A DNA stretch of 64,000 nt from Candidatus Hermodarchaeota archaeon (GCA_016839805.1 JAEOTO010000009.1:8369-72368); one strand, 5' to 3'; shown: positions 38,177 through 47,787, counted from the first letter of the stretch. Made by a program: numbers and translations. The notes: generated by a model not told the origin, from the letters alone.

Positions 38177-39340
38177 GTGCCGATTACTATTCTTCACACC
38201 TCAGATTCACATTTAGATATTCCTGCCATTAAATTTGGTTCTCGGCGCTATGAACGAAAGAATGATTTTCTCAAATCCTTTGATACCATAGTTTCAACCG
38301 CTTTAGAAAAGAAACCCGATCTTTTTCTCCATTCTGGCGACCTTTTTGACGGACTGAATCCGCGAAATCCGGTTCGAGCCCGAGTCATGGAAGCCTTTAG
38401 AAAACTACACGAGAAACAGATTCCCATTTACATTATCAGCGGAAACCATGATGTTCCTCGGGCGCGTCGTCATGGAGTAGCCCCCCTATTAGAATACGCC
38501 CGTACAGGCTTTGTCAACTTTTTTCCTGAATGGGAAACAATACAATCTAGCACCATCAATTTGCATGACCTTGAAGTTGAAATCTCAGGAATTTCTTTTA
38601 ATCCCACATTAGGACCTTCAGAAGATCCCCTTCATCAATTATCCATTCCGGGAAAAGGTGATGTTAACATCCTTCTAGCCCACTATAATGTAGAAGGACT
38701 TCGTGGAACCTTTCCCTATGAACCCGATATCCTACTCAAGTCAATACCCAAGAATCTGACATATCTTGCTGCAGGTCACAACCACGAATATCAAAAGCAA
38801 CAAGTTGGAAACACAACAATCTGTACTCCCGGAAGCACAGAGCACGTAACCTTTTCTGAGGAATCTCAAAAGAAGGGTTTTGTCTGGTTAGAAATCGACA
38901 CACATGCCGTACAAAAACTCCAATTCTTCCCCATTGAAACCCGCCCAATGCAAACACAGGATGTCACGATTCCCGCTGATGTTAATATCAATCAAATGCT
39001 TATCAAAGAAATCGATCGTCTGCGAAATCCCCAGCTTATCCTCCGGTTTCGTCTTCAGGGTGTCATGACGATTAAATCAGCTGAACAGTATCGTCGAACT
39101 GAAGTCGTACGGCATGGGTTTGCGAAATGCTTCTCCACTGAAATCGTGGACGAACTCGAATACATCAGCCCCGATCCAGATTTTCTTACTCCTGAAACTG
39201 AATTGAAACCACCAATCACCGAATATCGTGATTATGTTAATGCGAGAGTAAAACAAGAGAAAGACCTAGAAAAGAAGGCATTACTCCAAAAAGCATTAGA
39301 TCGCGGGCTAGCTCTTTTAGAAGACTCAGGAGGTTGGTAG
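38177..39340 (+). CDS. mre11: Mre11 nuclease
   Basis: 387 aa with a GTG start. All phosphoesterase motifs are present: HTSDSHLD, GDLFD, GNHD, LLAH, GHNHE. Confidence 0.9.
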   Translation: MPITILHTSDSHLDIPAIKFGSRRYERKNDFLKSFDTIVSTALEKKPDLFLHSGDLFDGLNPRNPVRARVMEAFRKLHEKQIPIYIISGNHDVPRARRHGVAPLLEYARTGFVNFFPEWETIQSSTINLHDLEVEISGISFNPTLGPSEDPLHQLSIPGKGDVNILLAHYNVEGLRGTFPYEPDILLKSIPKNLTYLAAGHNHEYQKQQVGNTTICTPGSTEHVTFSEESQKKGFVWLEIDTHAVQKLQFFPIETRPMQTQDVTIPADVNINQMLIKEIDRLRNPQLILRFRLQGVMTIKSAEQYRRTEVVRHGFAKCFSTEIVDELEYISPDPDFLTPETELKPPITEYRDYVNARVKQEKDLEKKALLQKALDRGLALLEDSGGW

Positions 39341-39344
39341 GGGA

Positions 39345-41711
39345 ATGGTCGTTTTACAGCAACTAGTGGCTCGAGATTTCAAGCACTTAGATCTTGATAT
39401 CAACTTTCCTCAAGGCATCCTCGCGATTAGTGGTCCAAATGAATCCGGAAAATCTTCAATCTTTGAAGCAATACTCTTTGCCTTCTTCGGACGGACCCAT
39501 AAAGCACCCTTGGGACAAAAAGACCGCCTCATCAATTACGATGCGGATAAACTATTCGTACGTTTATTCTTTGAAGTTGAAGGTACCCAATACCGAATTA
39601 CTCGACAAATCCATCGAAAACGTCCCAGTACTGCCCAACTCCACAAAATCGCTCGATCTGGACAAGCTTCTCTTCTAGCAACAGGGGTCAAAAATGTCGA
39701 AGCTGAAGTGAGCACTCTACTTAATGGAGTGGATCTGAATGACCTACTGGCAAGCAATATCGTACTTCAGAAAGATTTAGACCGTCTGGCACAAATGCCG
39801 AAAATGGACCGTCGACACGTTATCAATGCAATGATGGGACGCGAGTGCTTTTCACGCGCTGATAATAAACTAGCAACTGAACTCCGACCCTTAAGAAATG
39901 CCCTCAAACCAACAGGAGAAACTCTCAAAGAGCTGCGGTTCCGTAAAGACGCGTACCTAGAACAGACTCAGGAATTAGAAGCAAAGCAAAAAACTTTGAC
40001 TCAAATTGAGGGTCAATTAAAAGAAATTAATCAAACATTTGCTCAAAGTGAGAAGAAATACAAGGCTGTCAAGGCTTACAAGATAGCAAAAGATGAACAA
40101 AAGGATTTAGAGCGTGAAATTAAGTTCCGACTAGAAACTCAGGACCGCTTGGAAAAGCAATTAGCGAATTTGGATAAACTTCAGAGGCAACAAAAGAAAC
40201 TCCGTGGGCAAGCGAAACAGCTTGACTATCTTCAAGATGATATGACCATCTTTGAACAATTGCAAGACGCATCTGAAAAGCTCAAAGCTACTGTAGACGA
40301 ACTACAAATGACGACCGAAGTTATTTCATCACTTGAAGGCCAAGTGGGCGAGTTAAGTACACTGCAAGACGTTGTAACAGAGTATGAACAAATTAAGAAT
40401 CAGCGAATCAGTATCGAAGTCAGCCAAAACCAGATTCTCTCACCTCTCCTTTACATTCCTTCGATTGGACTTCTTGCCGCTGGAATTATGGCACTCTTCT
40501 TCAATCTAATCGTAGGGATAGTTTTTCTCCTAGCATCCATTCCCTTTGTAGCTTATCTCATCAAGAATTATTTCAATTATAGTCGCCTTGCAGCCAAACT
40601 AGATCAGATGCGAAGAAAAGAAGAGGAACTGAGTGAACAGGTAGCAAAGTACCGGACCAAAGAAACTTTTGAAGAACAACTTCAAGACCGCCTCAACCGA
40701 GATAAAGAACTAACCAACCAAATCACGCAGCTCTCAACACAAGTTCAGAGTCAACTCAAAAACCTCTCAACGACATTATTAGAAGGGGTAAAACCACCAA
40801 AGGACTCTGACGCACACACTCTGCGAGACACTGTAAGAACCGTAGAACAAAGACTTTTGGAACTTCAAGCAAGTCAGAAATCAGTTACTGACCAGTTACA
40901 ATCAATTGAGGGACAATTAGCAGATCTTCGTGAAGCAAAAGCAGATCTTACACGAATTGTGAAAGAAATTACTACCCTACGAGAACAACTTTCTTCAATG
41001 ACTCTTCCCCCACTTCCCGAAGAAATTGCCGAGTATACCGAAGCGTTGTATGAGCAGCTCGACCAGCAAATCAAGACAATGGGTGAAGAAAAAGCGACTA
41101 TACAAGAGAGTCGGAGAAATACTGTTCAGCGTATTAATGAACTTTCAGTTCTTCTAAAAGAGAACGAAGGAGTTCTAGACGAATTCACAAATAAAGAACG
41201 GGAATTTTTCCAGCTTGATCAGAATATAAAATCTGGTGAACTCACGATTGAATTAATACGTGAGGTCGCGGAACAAGGTCGTGAACAAGTACGTCCACGC
41301 GTTGTACATGTCATGGAACGTATATTGGCAACGATTACTGATGGAAAATACCGGTTTCCTAAGCTAAGTGAAGACTATAGCCTTAAGGTCTATTCGGCAA
41401 CAGCTGGTGAATATGTACAAGCAACACTCTACAGCGGAGGAACCGAAGATCAATTCCTCCTAGCTCTCCGTCTTGGATTTGCTATTGCATTGCTTCCCCA
41501 AGGCCGTGGTGCGACGCCCCAATTCCTTCTACTCGATGAACCCTTCGGAGGTTCTGATATTCAACGCAGGGATAATATTATTCGTCTACTGAAAGATGAA
41601 TTATCTCGCACCTTTCAACAAATTATTGTCGTGAGTCATCAGTCGGCTGTCCTCTCAGCTTCTGAACATCAATTTCGAATGATCAATGGACGAATTATTC
41701 ATTCGGATTAG
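39345..41711 (+). CDS. rad50: Rad50-family SMC-like ATPase lacking the zinc hook; hydrophobic hairpin at the coiled-coil apex
   Basis: 788 aa. Walker A GPNESGKSS, signature YSGGTEDQ, Walker B/D-loop LLLDEPFGGSD, H-loop VVSHQ, and long heptad-rich arms. Residues 364-406 are ILSPLLYIPSIGLLAAGIMALFFNLIVGIVFLLASIPFVAYLI. The whole protein has one Cys. Confidence 0.85.
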   Translation: MVVLQQLVARDFKHLDLDINFPQGILAISGPNESGKSSIFEAILFAFFGRTHKAPLGQKDRLINYDADKLFVRLFFEVEGTQYRITRQIHRKRPSTAQLHKIARSGQASLLATGVKNVEAEVSTLLNGVDLNDLLASNIVLQKDLDRLAQMPKMDRRHVINAMMGRECFSRADNKLATELRPLRNALKPTGETLKELRFRKDAYLEQTQELEAKQKTLTQIEGQLKEINQTFAQSEKKYKAVKAYKIAKDEQKDLEREIKFRLETQDRLEKQLANLDKLQRQQKKLRGQAKQLDYLQDDMTIFEQLQDASEKLKATVDELQMTTEVISSLEGQVGELSTLQDVVTEYEQIKNQRISIEVSQNQILSPLLYIPSIGLLAAGIMALFFNLIVGIVFLLASIPFVAYLIKNYFNYSRLAAKLDQMRRKEEELSEQVAKYRTKETFEEQLQDRLNRDKELTNQITQLSTQVQSQLKNLSTTLLEGVKPPKDSDAHTLRDTVRTVEQRLLELQASQKSVTDQLQSIEGQLADLREAKADLTRIVKEITTLREQLSSMTLPPLPEEIAEYTEALYEQLDQQIKTMGEEKATIQESRRNTVQRINELSVLLKENEGVLDEFTNKEREFFQLDQNIKSGELTIELIREVAEQGREQVRPRVVHVMERILATITDGKYRFPKLSEDYSLKVYSATAGEYVQATLYSGGTEDQFLLALRLGFAIALLPQGRGATPQFLLLDEPFGGSDIQRRDNIIRLLKDELSRTFQQIIVVSHQSAVLSASEHQFRMINGRIIHSD

Positions 41712-42623
41712 TTATATCAGTTTAATCAGAACTGGGCGAGTTTCTTGGTATTGATATCCTTGAGTTTCAAGGAATCCGTATTGATTTTCACGGGAAAATA
41801 CTGTCAATTGAGTTACACCGTTTGTTTTACTCAAAAACTCAGTAACTGGTAATACAGTTGCCAAGAAGCTGGAGGCTTGGCTAGTTTTAGCTAACCAAAT
41901 TCTTACATAGTGATGGTCAGTGGATAAGGCTTCATCATTTTCTTGACGTAGCAACCAAAGATTAGGACGTGGTATGTCGGTTTCTAGTAGTGTGTATAAT
42001 CGATTCATGTTACGTAAATATGCCCAGGTATACTGTGAGGAGTAATTAATTCCCAGCCCTGGCTCAAAACCCATTGGTAGTTGTTTACGTGGTGCCCATT
42101 GTAGAGGAATTCTTTGGATACTAGATTTGGTAGGGAGAAGAGATTCGCGTTTTAACGACTTGGTGAATTTGGCTTCGTGTCCTGAAAGGTTAAAACCATT
42201 AGTGCAGAAAAAATTGACGGCTTCATCATCCTCAGTTATCGTAGTTACTTGTGTACAGCCCTTCGCCTGGCTAATTTGGCAAGCATGTTCTAATAGAATT
42301 GAGCCAATGCCTTCATGGCGATGCTCAGGGTCAACAATAATCCATGCGATATTACCTTGCTTTGTGGTCGGTGATATCTTCTCAAAAAGAAGTTCGACCT
42401 CTCCCAGGATAGCATCTTTGGTACGGGCTACTAGAATGATTCCACCTGCATCTTCCATTACCTGTAGATGAAGGTTGAGTGTGTCAGGGTCAACCCAAGG
42501 ACCTTCTTGCTGCCAGCGCTCCCATTTAGAGAGCCCTTCTTCAGCAAAGGTGCTTCGATTTAGGGTTACTAGGCCTAATAGGTCCCGTTTTACATTGGCT
42601 TCTTGCACTATAACTTCATTCAC
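41712..42623 (-). CDS. GNAT-family N-acetyltransferase (two-domain)
   Basis: 303 aa. Acetyl-CoA-binding motif IVDPEHRHEGIGSILLEHA. Its stop codon directly abuts the rad50 stop, with zero intergenic nucleotides. Confidence 0.75.
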   Translation of the reverse strand: MNEVIVQEANVKRDLLGLVTLNRSTFAEEGLSKWERWQQEGPWVDPDTLNLHLQVMEDAGGIILVARTKDAILGEVELLFEKISPTTKQGNIAWIIVDPEHRHEGIGSILLEHACQISQAKGCTQVTTITEDDEAVNFFCTNGFNLSGHEAKFTKSLKRESLLPTKSSIQRIPLQWAPRKQLPMGFEPGLGINYSSQYTWAYLRNMNRLYTLLETDIPRPNLWLLRQENDEALSTDHHYVRIWLAKTSQASSFLATVLPVTEFLSKTNGVTQLTVFSRENQYGFLETQGYQYQETRPVLIKLI

Positions 42624-42718
42624 GATTTTTGCTGAAGGGTATTAGTTAAAATAAAATCTTCTCTAAAGCCATATCAATCTCTATTTTCTAACCCCAAAAT
42701 AGATAATAGTAGGTTTAT

Positions 42719-44101
42719 ATGCTATTCACGACGGAGACACCGGAGAATATAGTCATGAGCGATTCAGAACTTCATCGTTGGCAAAAAGCCTTCCCCCTAG
42801 CAGGGTTCAAACCCGCACTCAACGCACCAACAAACGAAGAAAAACGGATCGCACAGCAATTTTGTCCAACCATCTATGCCGACTTAGAATTGGTTAAGGA
42901 GGAGCAAGCGGATTTAACAAAGAATCTTGGAATCGATGGAAAAGCTACCGGCTTCTTCGCATCACTTAAAGAACGAGTGGCAAGTAAAGACTTTGCAGGA
43001 ATTGCGGATACCCTGTTTTTGTTCTGTCTTGGCGATTTCCCCAATAACCTCGCTGGGGCAAAACTCGCGATTCTTGGAGTCGAACTCCCTGAAAGTGAAA
43101 TCCCTTGGGATAAAGAAATGCGCAAGGTATTAGATCAACTTCGTGAAAGGCTCCAATCCGAATACTCACAACAATCTCGTGACTTTATCACCAATCTCTT
43201 CCACATGATTCTTCCCACTGAGCAAACACCAACTTGTGTACTCAAATACCAGGTCAATAAAGATCCCAATGATCCTAATATCTACTGCATTCAGTATTTT
43301 GCTTATTGGCCAATTCAGCTGTTTCCTCGCCACTTGTATGATTATGAGCCGATTTATGTCATTGTCCGTAAAGAAGGCAAAACGTATCATCCACTGATAA
43401 CCACTTTTAATGCTGAATATGGAGCCCGACCCTTACTGAAAGGAAAACGACCAGGTCATATGATTCGAACGTTTTTCAATTGGGATAGTAAAGACCTGCA
43501 AATCTCTCCTGATGATTTCAATCCAATGGCAGACTATATGACCAAAGCCTTTGGGGGGAGTTACTTTTATGAGAAAGTGCCTAGCGATCGCCGTGTGAGT
43601 CACATAGAAAACCTCCAATGTGGTGCTCATACCATCGCTTTACATGTCCCTAATCGGTGGCATTCTTATGATCTTTGCACTGCTGATGTACGCCGGGATA
43701 AGACAGCACTTCCCTGTAACCTTCACCCACTCAAAACACAAGATTTGCTTCATATTGAATGGAACATCCTGAACCCTTTCCAAGCACCCTTTCTTTATCC
43801 CAATATCGGAAAGAAAAATGCCCTTATGCATTTCCCGCTGGATGCATCCACACTCTGGAAGAGTGAAATCTATCGTCGATGGAGTGACTATGCAATGGTG
43901 GAGTTTCATATCAAACACGGACGCCCATCTCAAACGGTATCGAACATGTATGCGTACCAAGTAGGGCTTTTCATCGATTTGTTCGGAGAAATTACTGGGG
44001 AAAGCATGGGATTAAGTATGTGGCCATTAATCGAGGCACGCGAACGCGAAATCGAAGGAACTCTCTCCTTTATCAAACGTTTACGGCGACCAAAGAAATA
44101 G
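42719..44101 (+). CDS. Hypothetical 460-aa protein, unknown family
   Basis: Long clean ORF with no confidently recognised domain. The segment YFAYWPIQLFPRHLYDYEPIYVIV is faintly reminiscent of the H-x-x-D-W-E core of Vps62/NPP1-like proteins, at very low confidence. Confidence 0.55.
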   Translation: MLFTTETPENIVMSDSELHRWQKAFPLAGFKPALNAPTNEEKRIAQQFCPTIYADLELVKEEQADLTKNLGIDGKATGFFASLKERVASKDFAGIADTLFLFCLGDFPNNLAGAKLAILGVELPESEIPWDKEMRKVLDQLRERLQSEYSQQSRDFITNLFHMILPTEQTPTCVLKYQVNKDPNDPNIYCIQYFAYWPIQLFPRHLYDYEPIYVIVRKEGKTYHPLITTFNAEYGARPLLKGKRPGHMIRTFFNWDSKDLQISPDDFNPMADYMTKAFGGSYFYEKVPSDRRVSHIENLQCGAHTIALHVPNRWHSYDLCTADVRRDKTALPCNLHPLKTQDLLHIEWNILNPFQAPFLYPNIGKKNALMHFPLDASTLWKSEIYRRWSDYAMVEFHIKHGRPSQTVSNMYAYQVGLFIDLFGEITGESMGLSMWPLIEAREREIEGTLSFIKRLRRPKK

Positions 44102-44104
44102 GAC

Positions 44105-44566
44105 GTGATAATACTGATGTTGAATCAAGCTACTGAGGCGACTCCGTCAATCGCCGAGCGTGGGTCCCACCAACGATTTTGGTGGGCTCTTCTAGTCACA
44201 CTTTTTGTAGTCTTCTTCATCTGGGGATTCTTCCAACCCTACCCATTAAATCTTATTTTATGGGCTGTTGGTCTCTTTTTTTTGGTTATTTTTCTTATTC
44301 TAATATACCGAAGTGCTCGTGCTCCTTCAAAGATAGAGCTAGCTGAGATTCGACGGCTAATAGTATGTGACAAATGCGGTGTTGAAACAGAAGGACCTTA
44401 TGAAGCAGGGGACCATGTTTTTCGTGAAATTGGACCCTGTCCGCGTTGTGATGGACGTCTTTACATTAAGGCAATTTATAGTATTGAAAAGAAAGAGCCC
44501 CTCAAACGCCAGCAACCCCAAAAAGAAACTATCGTTGAAAATGAGGTTGTTAAAGACGCAGGCTAG
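44105..44566 (+). CDS. 2-TM membrane protein with a C-terminal zinc ribbon
   Basis: 153 aa with a GTG start 3 nt after the upstream stop. Two TM helices, then CDKCGVETEG...CPRCDGRL. Confidence 0.6.
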   Translation: MIILMLNQATEATPSIAERGSHQRFWWALLVTLFVVFFIWGFFQPYPLNLILWAVGLFFLVIFLILIYRSARAPSKIELAEIRRLIVCDKCGVETEGPYEAGDHVFREIGPCPRCDGRLYIKAIYSIEKKEPLKRQQPQKETIVENEVVKDAG

Positions 44567-44569
44567 CGT

Positions 44570-45493
44570 CTAGTGTTTTCTCATCAGTCTCTGAATGTTG
44601 TCAGAAAATAGTTGTTTGAGGTCTTCCATGGTTACTTTTAGTCGTTGGAAGATTTTCAGTTGTTTTTCTAAAATATCATACCGAAAGCCGCGAGGGAACA
44701 TTGAACTATCTGTTCCAAATACAATTCGCTTTGGTCCTCCTGCTTCCAATGTTCGTTTCATAACGCCCTCTAAATCTGAGGGATATGGAATATACCGCAT
44801 CCAAATATTGGATCCTGAAGTATCCACATAGACGTTATCCGTTTGATAAAACAACAGAAGGGTTTCTCGGAACATTCCTGCTCCTAAATGGGCAATCCCA
44901 AATTTTACATCAGGGAAGTCACGTGCTGGAGGTTGCAAATCTAGCGGATTACCATAACGAAGATCTACACCTGCTCCTACAGAAATCCCAAAATGATGGA
45001 GGACTGGAACCTTAAGGTCATCTGCGATTTGATAAATCCTATATGCTTCTTTGCTGTGTGTATAGAACCCATGAAGGACGGGATAGAGTTTGTATCCATG
45101 AAATCCAAGTTCTCGAATAACATGACGGGCCTGATCTTCAGCTTCAGGTAACAGGGGATTGATATTCGCGTAACCATAGAAGCGGTTAGGGAACCGTTTG
45201 AGTGCGTCTGCAAATTCGTCCCATGATTCAGGACCCACCATCATTCCAATTCGAGCTATTCCATATCGATCCAGTTCGGTAACCCATTTTTGGGCAAAAT
45301 CCTCATCAGGACCTGGCTGGTCAACTGAAGTCATATCGGTTCGAGTGCGAATTCGTCGCTGGATAGCCTTGGAATCAACTTGCCAGGACTGGAAAGTTTT
45401 GTAAGAAAGATAATGGGAGTGACTATCAATTACTGATAATCCCAGTTGTTGATGTAGGTACTTTGTTGTCTTGGAGGTTTTTGACATGAGCAA
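44570..45493 (-). CDS. Metal-dependent TIM-barrel amidohydrolase (amidohydrolase_2-like)
   Basis: 307 aa. N-terminal VIDSHSHY metal-binding motif, later HLGAG and DSS. Confidence 0.7.
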   Translation of the reverse strand: MLMSKTSKTTKYLHQQLGLSVIDSHSHYLSYKTFQSWQVDSKAIQRRIRTRTDMTSVDQPGPDEDFAQKWVTELDRYGIARIGMMVGPESWDEFADALKRFPNRFYGYANINPLLPEAEDQARHVIRELGFHGYKLYPVLHGFYTHSKEAYRIYQIADDLKVPVLHHFGISVGAGVDLRYGNPLDLQPPARDFPDVKFGIAHLGAGMFRETLLLFYQTDNVYVDTSGSNIWMRYIPYPSDLEGVMKRTLEAGGPKRIVFGTDSSMFPRGFRYDILEKQLKIFQRLKVTMEDLKQLFSDNIQRLMRKH

Positions 45494-45661
45494 TCTCCAA
45501 TAAGGTGACTGAAAACAGGGTTTAAGAATCTGATGCAGTTCTGACCCAAATCGCAGCTACAACAAAATCGAAACAAAAAGAGTCACGAGGAACGCAGGTT
45601 TAAAAGCCTGTGATAGTTTCGAATCAATGACGTTCAGCAATCGCTGGAGATGTGAATCCAG

Positions 45662-46348
45662 GTGTTTGACTCTACCAATGAATCAAAAGCCGATAAGGAA
45701 CCGGTTACCATTGAGGTTGGTGAAATAGCCCTTGAAGGGATTCTCGAGCTTGTTGAAAAAGATCAACAACCGGGTCTTGTTCTTTGTCATCCTCACCCAC
45801 TATTCGGGGGCAACATGGATGATAGTCGACTTCTTGCTTTGAGCAATGCTGCTGTCAATAAGGGCTTTAACATTCTTCGATTCAATTACCGTGGAGTCGG
45901 TAAAAGTCAGGGAAAATTCGGACAAGGAATTGGCGAAATCCAAGACACAATTGCTGCATTGAGCTTGCTCCGTTCCCATCCTCATACAGATGATTCACGG
46001 ATTGCTCTGCTTGGCTACAGTTTTGGAGGCAGTATCGCGATTGCAGCAGCCATGGATGCGAATCCAGCTGCTCTCGTTGCGATAAGTGCGCGCTATCGAA
46101 TGCCTGATTTGGACCCAAACCTTGTCACTGAAGCGATTCGTTACGTTAACTGTCCAAGTTACATTATTCACGGGCGGGATGATGCAACCGTTAATTATGT
46201 AGAATCTGAAGCAATTTATGCGCATTTACAAGTCGAAGAGAAATATCTTCGGTTGATAAAAGGTGCCAACCATTTTTGGACTCGAAAGCTTGATTCAATC
46301 ATACTAATGATACTTACGTTCCTTAAGGACAAATTACAATTAAAATAG
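45662..46348 (+). CDS. Alpha/beta hydrolase
   Basis: 228 aa. Nucleophile elbow LLGYSFGGSIA, downstream HGRDD and a His near the C-terminus. Confidence 0.75.
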   Translation: MFDSTNESKADKEPVTIEVGEIALEGILELVEKDQQPGLVLCHPHPLFGGNMDDSRLLALSNAAVNKGFNILRFNYRGVGKSQGKFGQGIGEIQDTIAALSLLRSHPHTDDSRIALLGYSFGGSIAIAAAMDANPAALVAISARYRMPDLDPNLVTEAIRYVNCPSYIIHGRDDATVNYVESEAIYAHLQVEEKYLRLIKGANHFWTRKLDSIILMILTFLKDKLQLK

Positions 46349-46443
46349 GCTGAACTTTCTTTATCCCACTTTTTTGCTTAAAATTTTCTTAACAATAATG
46401 CTTAAGTGTAGGCTTGTGGTGCTAAGGGCGCGAGGTTGCCCGA

Positions 46444-47787
46444 ATGGTCAAAGTCTATGGAAAAGCTGCCAAAGAAGTGACACGTCTATTACGAAAGGGT
46501 GATGTAACCATTGATCTGGTCGGCATAGGAAATATGGGACTCCCTGTTGCAGTATCTTTTGCCAAGGAAGGAGCGAAAGTCGTGGGAGTCCGAAGAGACC
46601 CGATAATCGTGGACCGAATTAATCGGGGTGAATCTCCTCTTATTGGCGAACCAAAATTTTCAGATCTTTTGCGTGATGTAGTGAAGGCTGGGAAATTTAA
46701 AGCCACAATAGATGGCGCGGCTGCTGCGAAAGAGTCAGATGTAATTGTAATTCTTGTCCCTCTGCTTGTCGATGATAGAGGGCAGGAAGATTACTCGATC
46801 ATTCGAGTTGCTGCTGATGTAGCAAGTAAAGGTATTGAGAAAGGTGACCTCGTAATCACTTCTACAACAATGCCTCCTGGAGCGACTGAACAAGTTGTAA
46901 AACCCGTTCTCGAAACTGGAAGTGGATTAGTTGCAGGTACAGATTTCGGCCTTGCTCATAGTCCTGAACGCCTTATGGTTGGTCGAGTAATGCGGAATCT
47001 CTACAAGTTTCCGAAAGTTGTGGGGGGTATCGATAAGGCCAGTACAGAAGCGGCTGCAGGGATCTATGGCGTCTTCGGCGAGGTGGTACAGACTTCTTCA
47101 CTGATTACGGCCGAACTAGTTAAAGTGGCTGAAGGAACATTTCGAGATGTAAACATCGGTTATGCGAATTTTCTTGCAAAACTATGTGAACCATTGGGGA
47201 TAGATGCCTGGGAGGTAATAACTGCAGCAAATAAAGACACGGGGGAGCACTGCATGATTCATCGTCCCAGTGCTGGTGTTGGTGGTCATTGTATCCCTGT
47301 ATATCCTTGGTTCCTCATTAACAAAGCAATGGAAGTGGGTGAGGATGCAACACTCCTACGTCAAGTCCGATACATCAATGATAGCATGTCAATTCACACA
47401 GTAGATTTGGTCATCAGGTGTCTCAATAGTCATTCTCAAGCTGTTAAGGAATCTCAAGTTAGTCTCCTAGGAATTTCCTTCCGAGCTAATGTCAAAGAAA
47501 CACGTTTTGCAGCAAGTCTCCAGATTCTTAAACATCTCAAAGAATATCAACCCAAAGTGATTCAAGCTTATGATCCATACTTCTCGGCGAAAGAACTTCA
47601 AGAGCTCGGATTTACTCCCGTTTCCTTCGAAGAAGCGCTAAAGGCAGACTGTTGCATTCTAATTGCCTCCCATCAGGAATTCGTCAAGGCGAAGGCAAAA
47701 CTAGAGGCCATTAAGAATCGGTTAATTGACACCACTAATCTTTTGTCCGAAGCATCATGGAAAGTGGGTCGTGTTCCCGTTCACTAA
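46444..47787 (+). CDS. Nucleotide-sugar dehydrogenase (UDP-glucose/GDP-mannose dehydrogenase family)
   Basis: 447 aa. NAD motif VGIGNMGLPVA and catalytic Cys motif GVGGHCIPVYP. Confidence 0.85.
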   Translation: MVKVYGKAAKEVTRLLRKGDVTIDLVGIGNMGLPVAVSFAKEGAKVVGVRRDPIIVDRINRGESPLIGEPKFSDLLRDVVKAGKFKATIDGAAAAKESDVIVILVPLLVDDRGQEDYSIIRVAADVASKGIEKGDLVITSTTMPPGATEQVVKPVLETGSGLVAGTDFGLAHSPERLMVGRVMRNLYKFPKVVGGIDKASTEAAAGIYGVFGEVVQTSSLITAELVKVAEGTFRDVNIGYANFLAKLCEPLGIDAWEVITAANKDTGEHCMIHRPSAGVGGHCIPVYPWFLINKAMEVGEDATLLRQVRYINDSMSIHTVDLVIRCLNSHSQAVKESQVSLLGISFRANVKETRFAASLQILKHLKEYQPKVIQAYDPYFSAKELQELGFTPVSFEEALKADCCILIASHQEFVKAKAKLEAIKNRLIDTTNLLSEASWKVGRVPVH

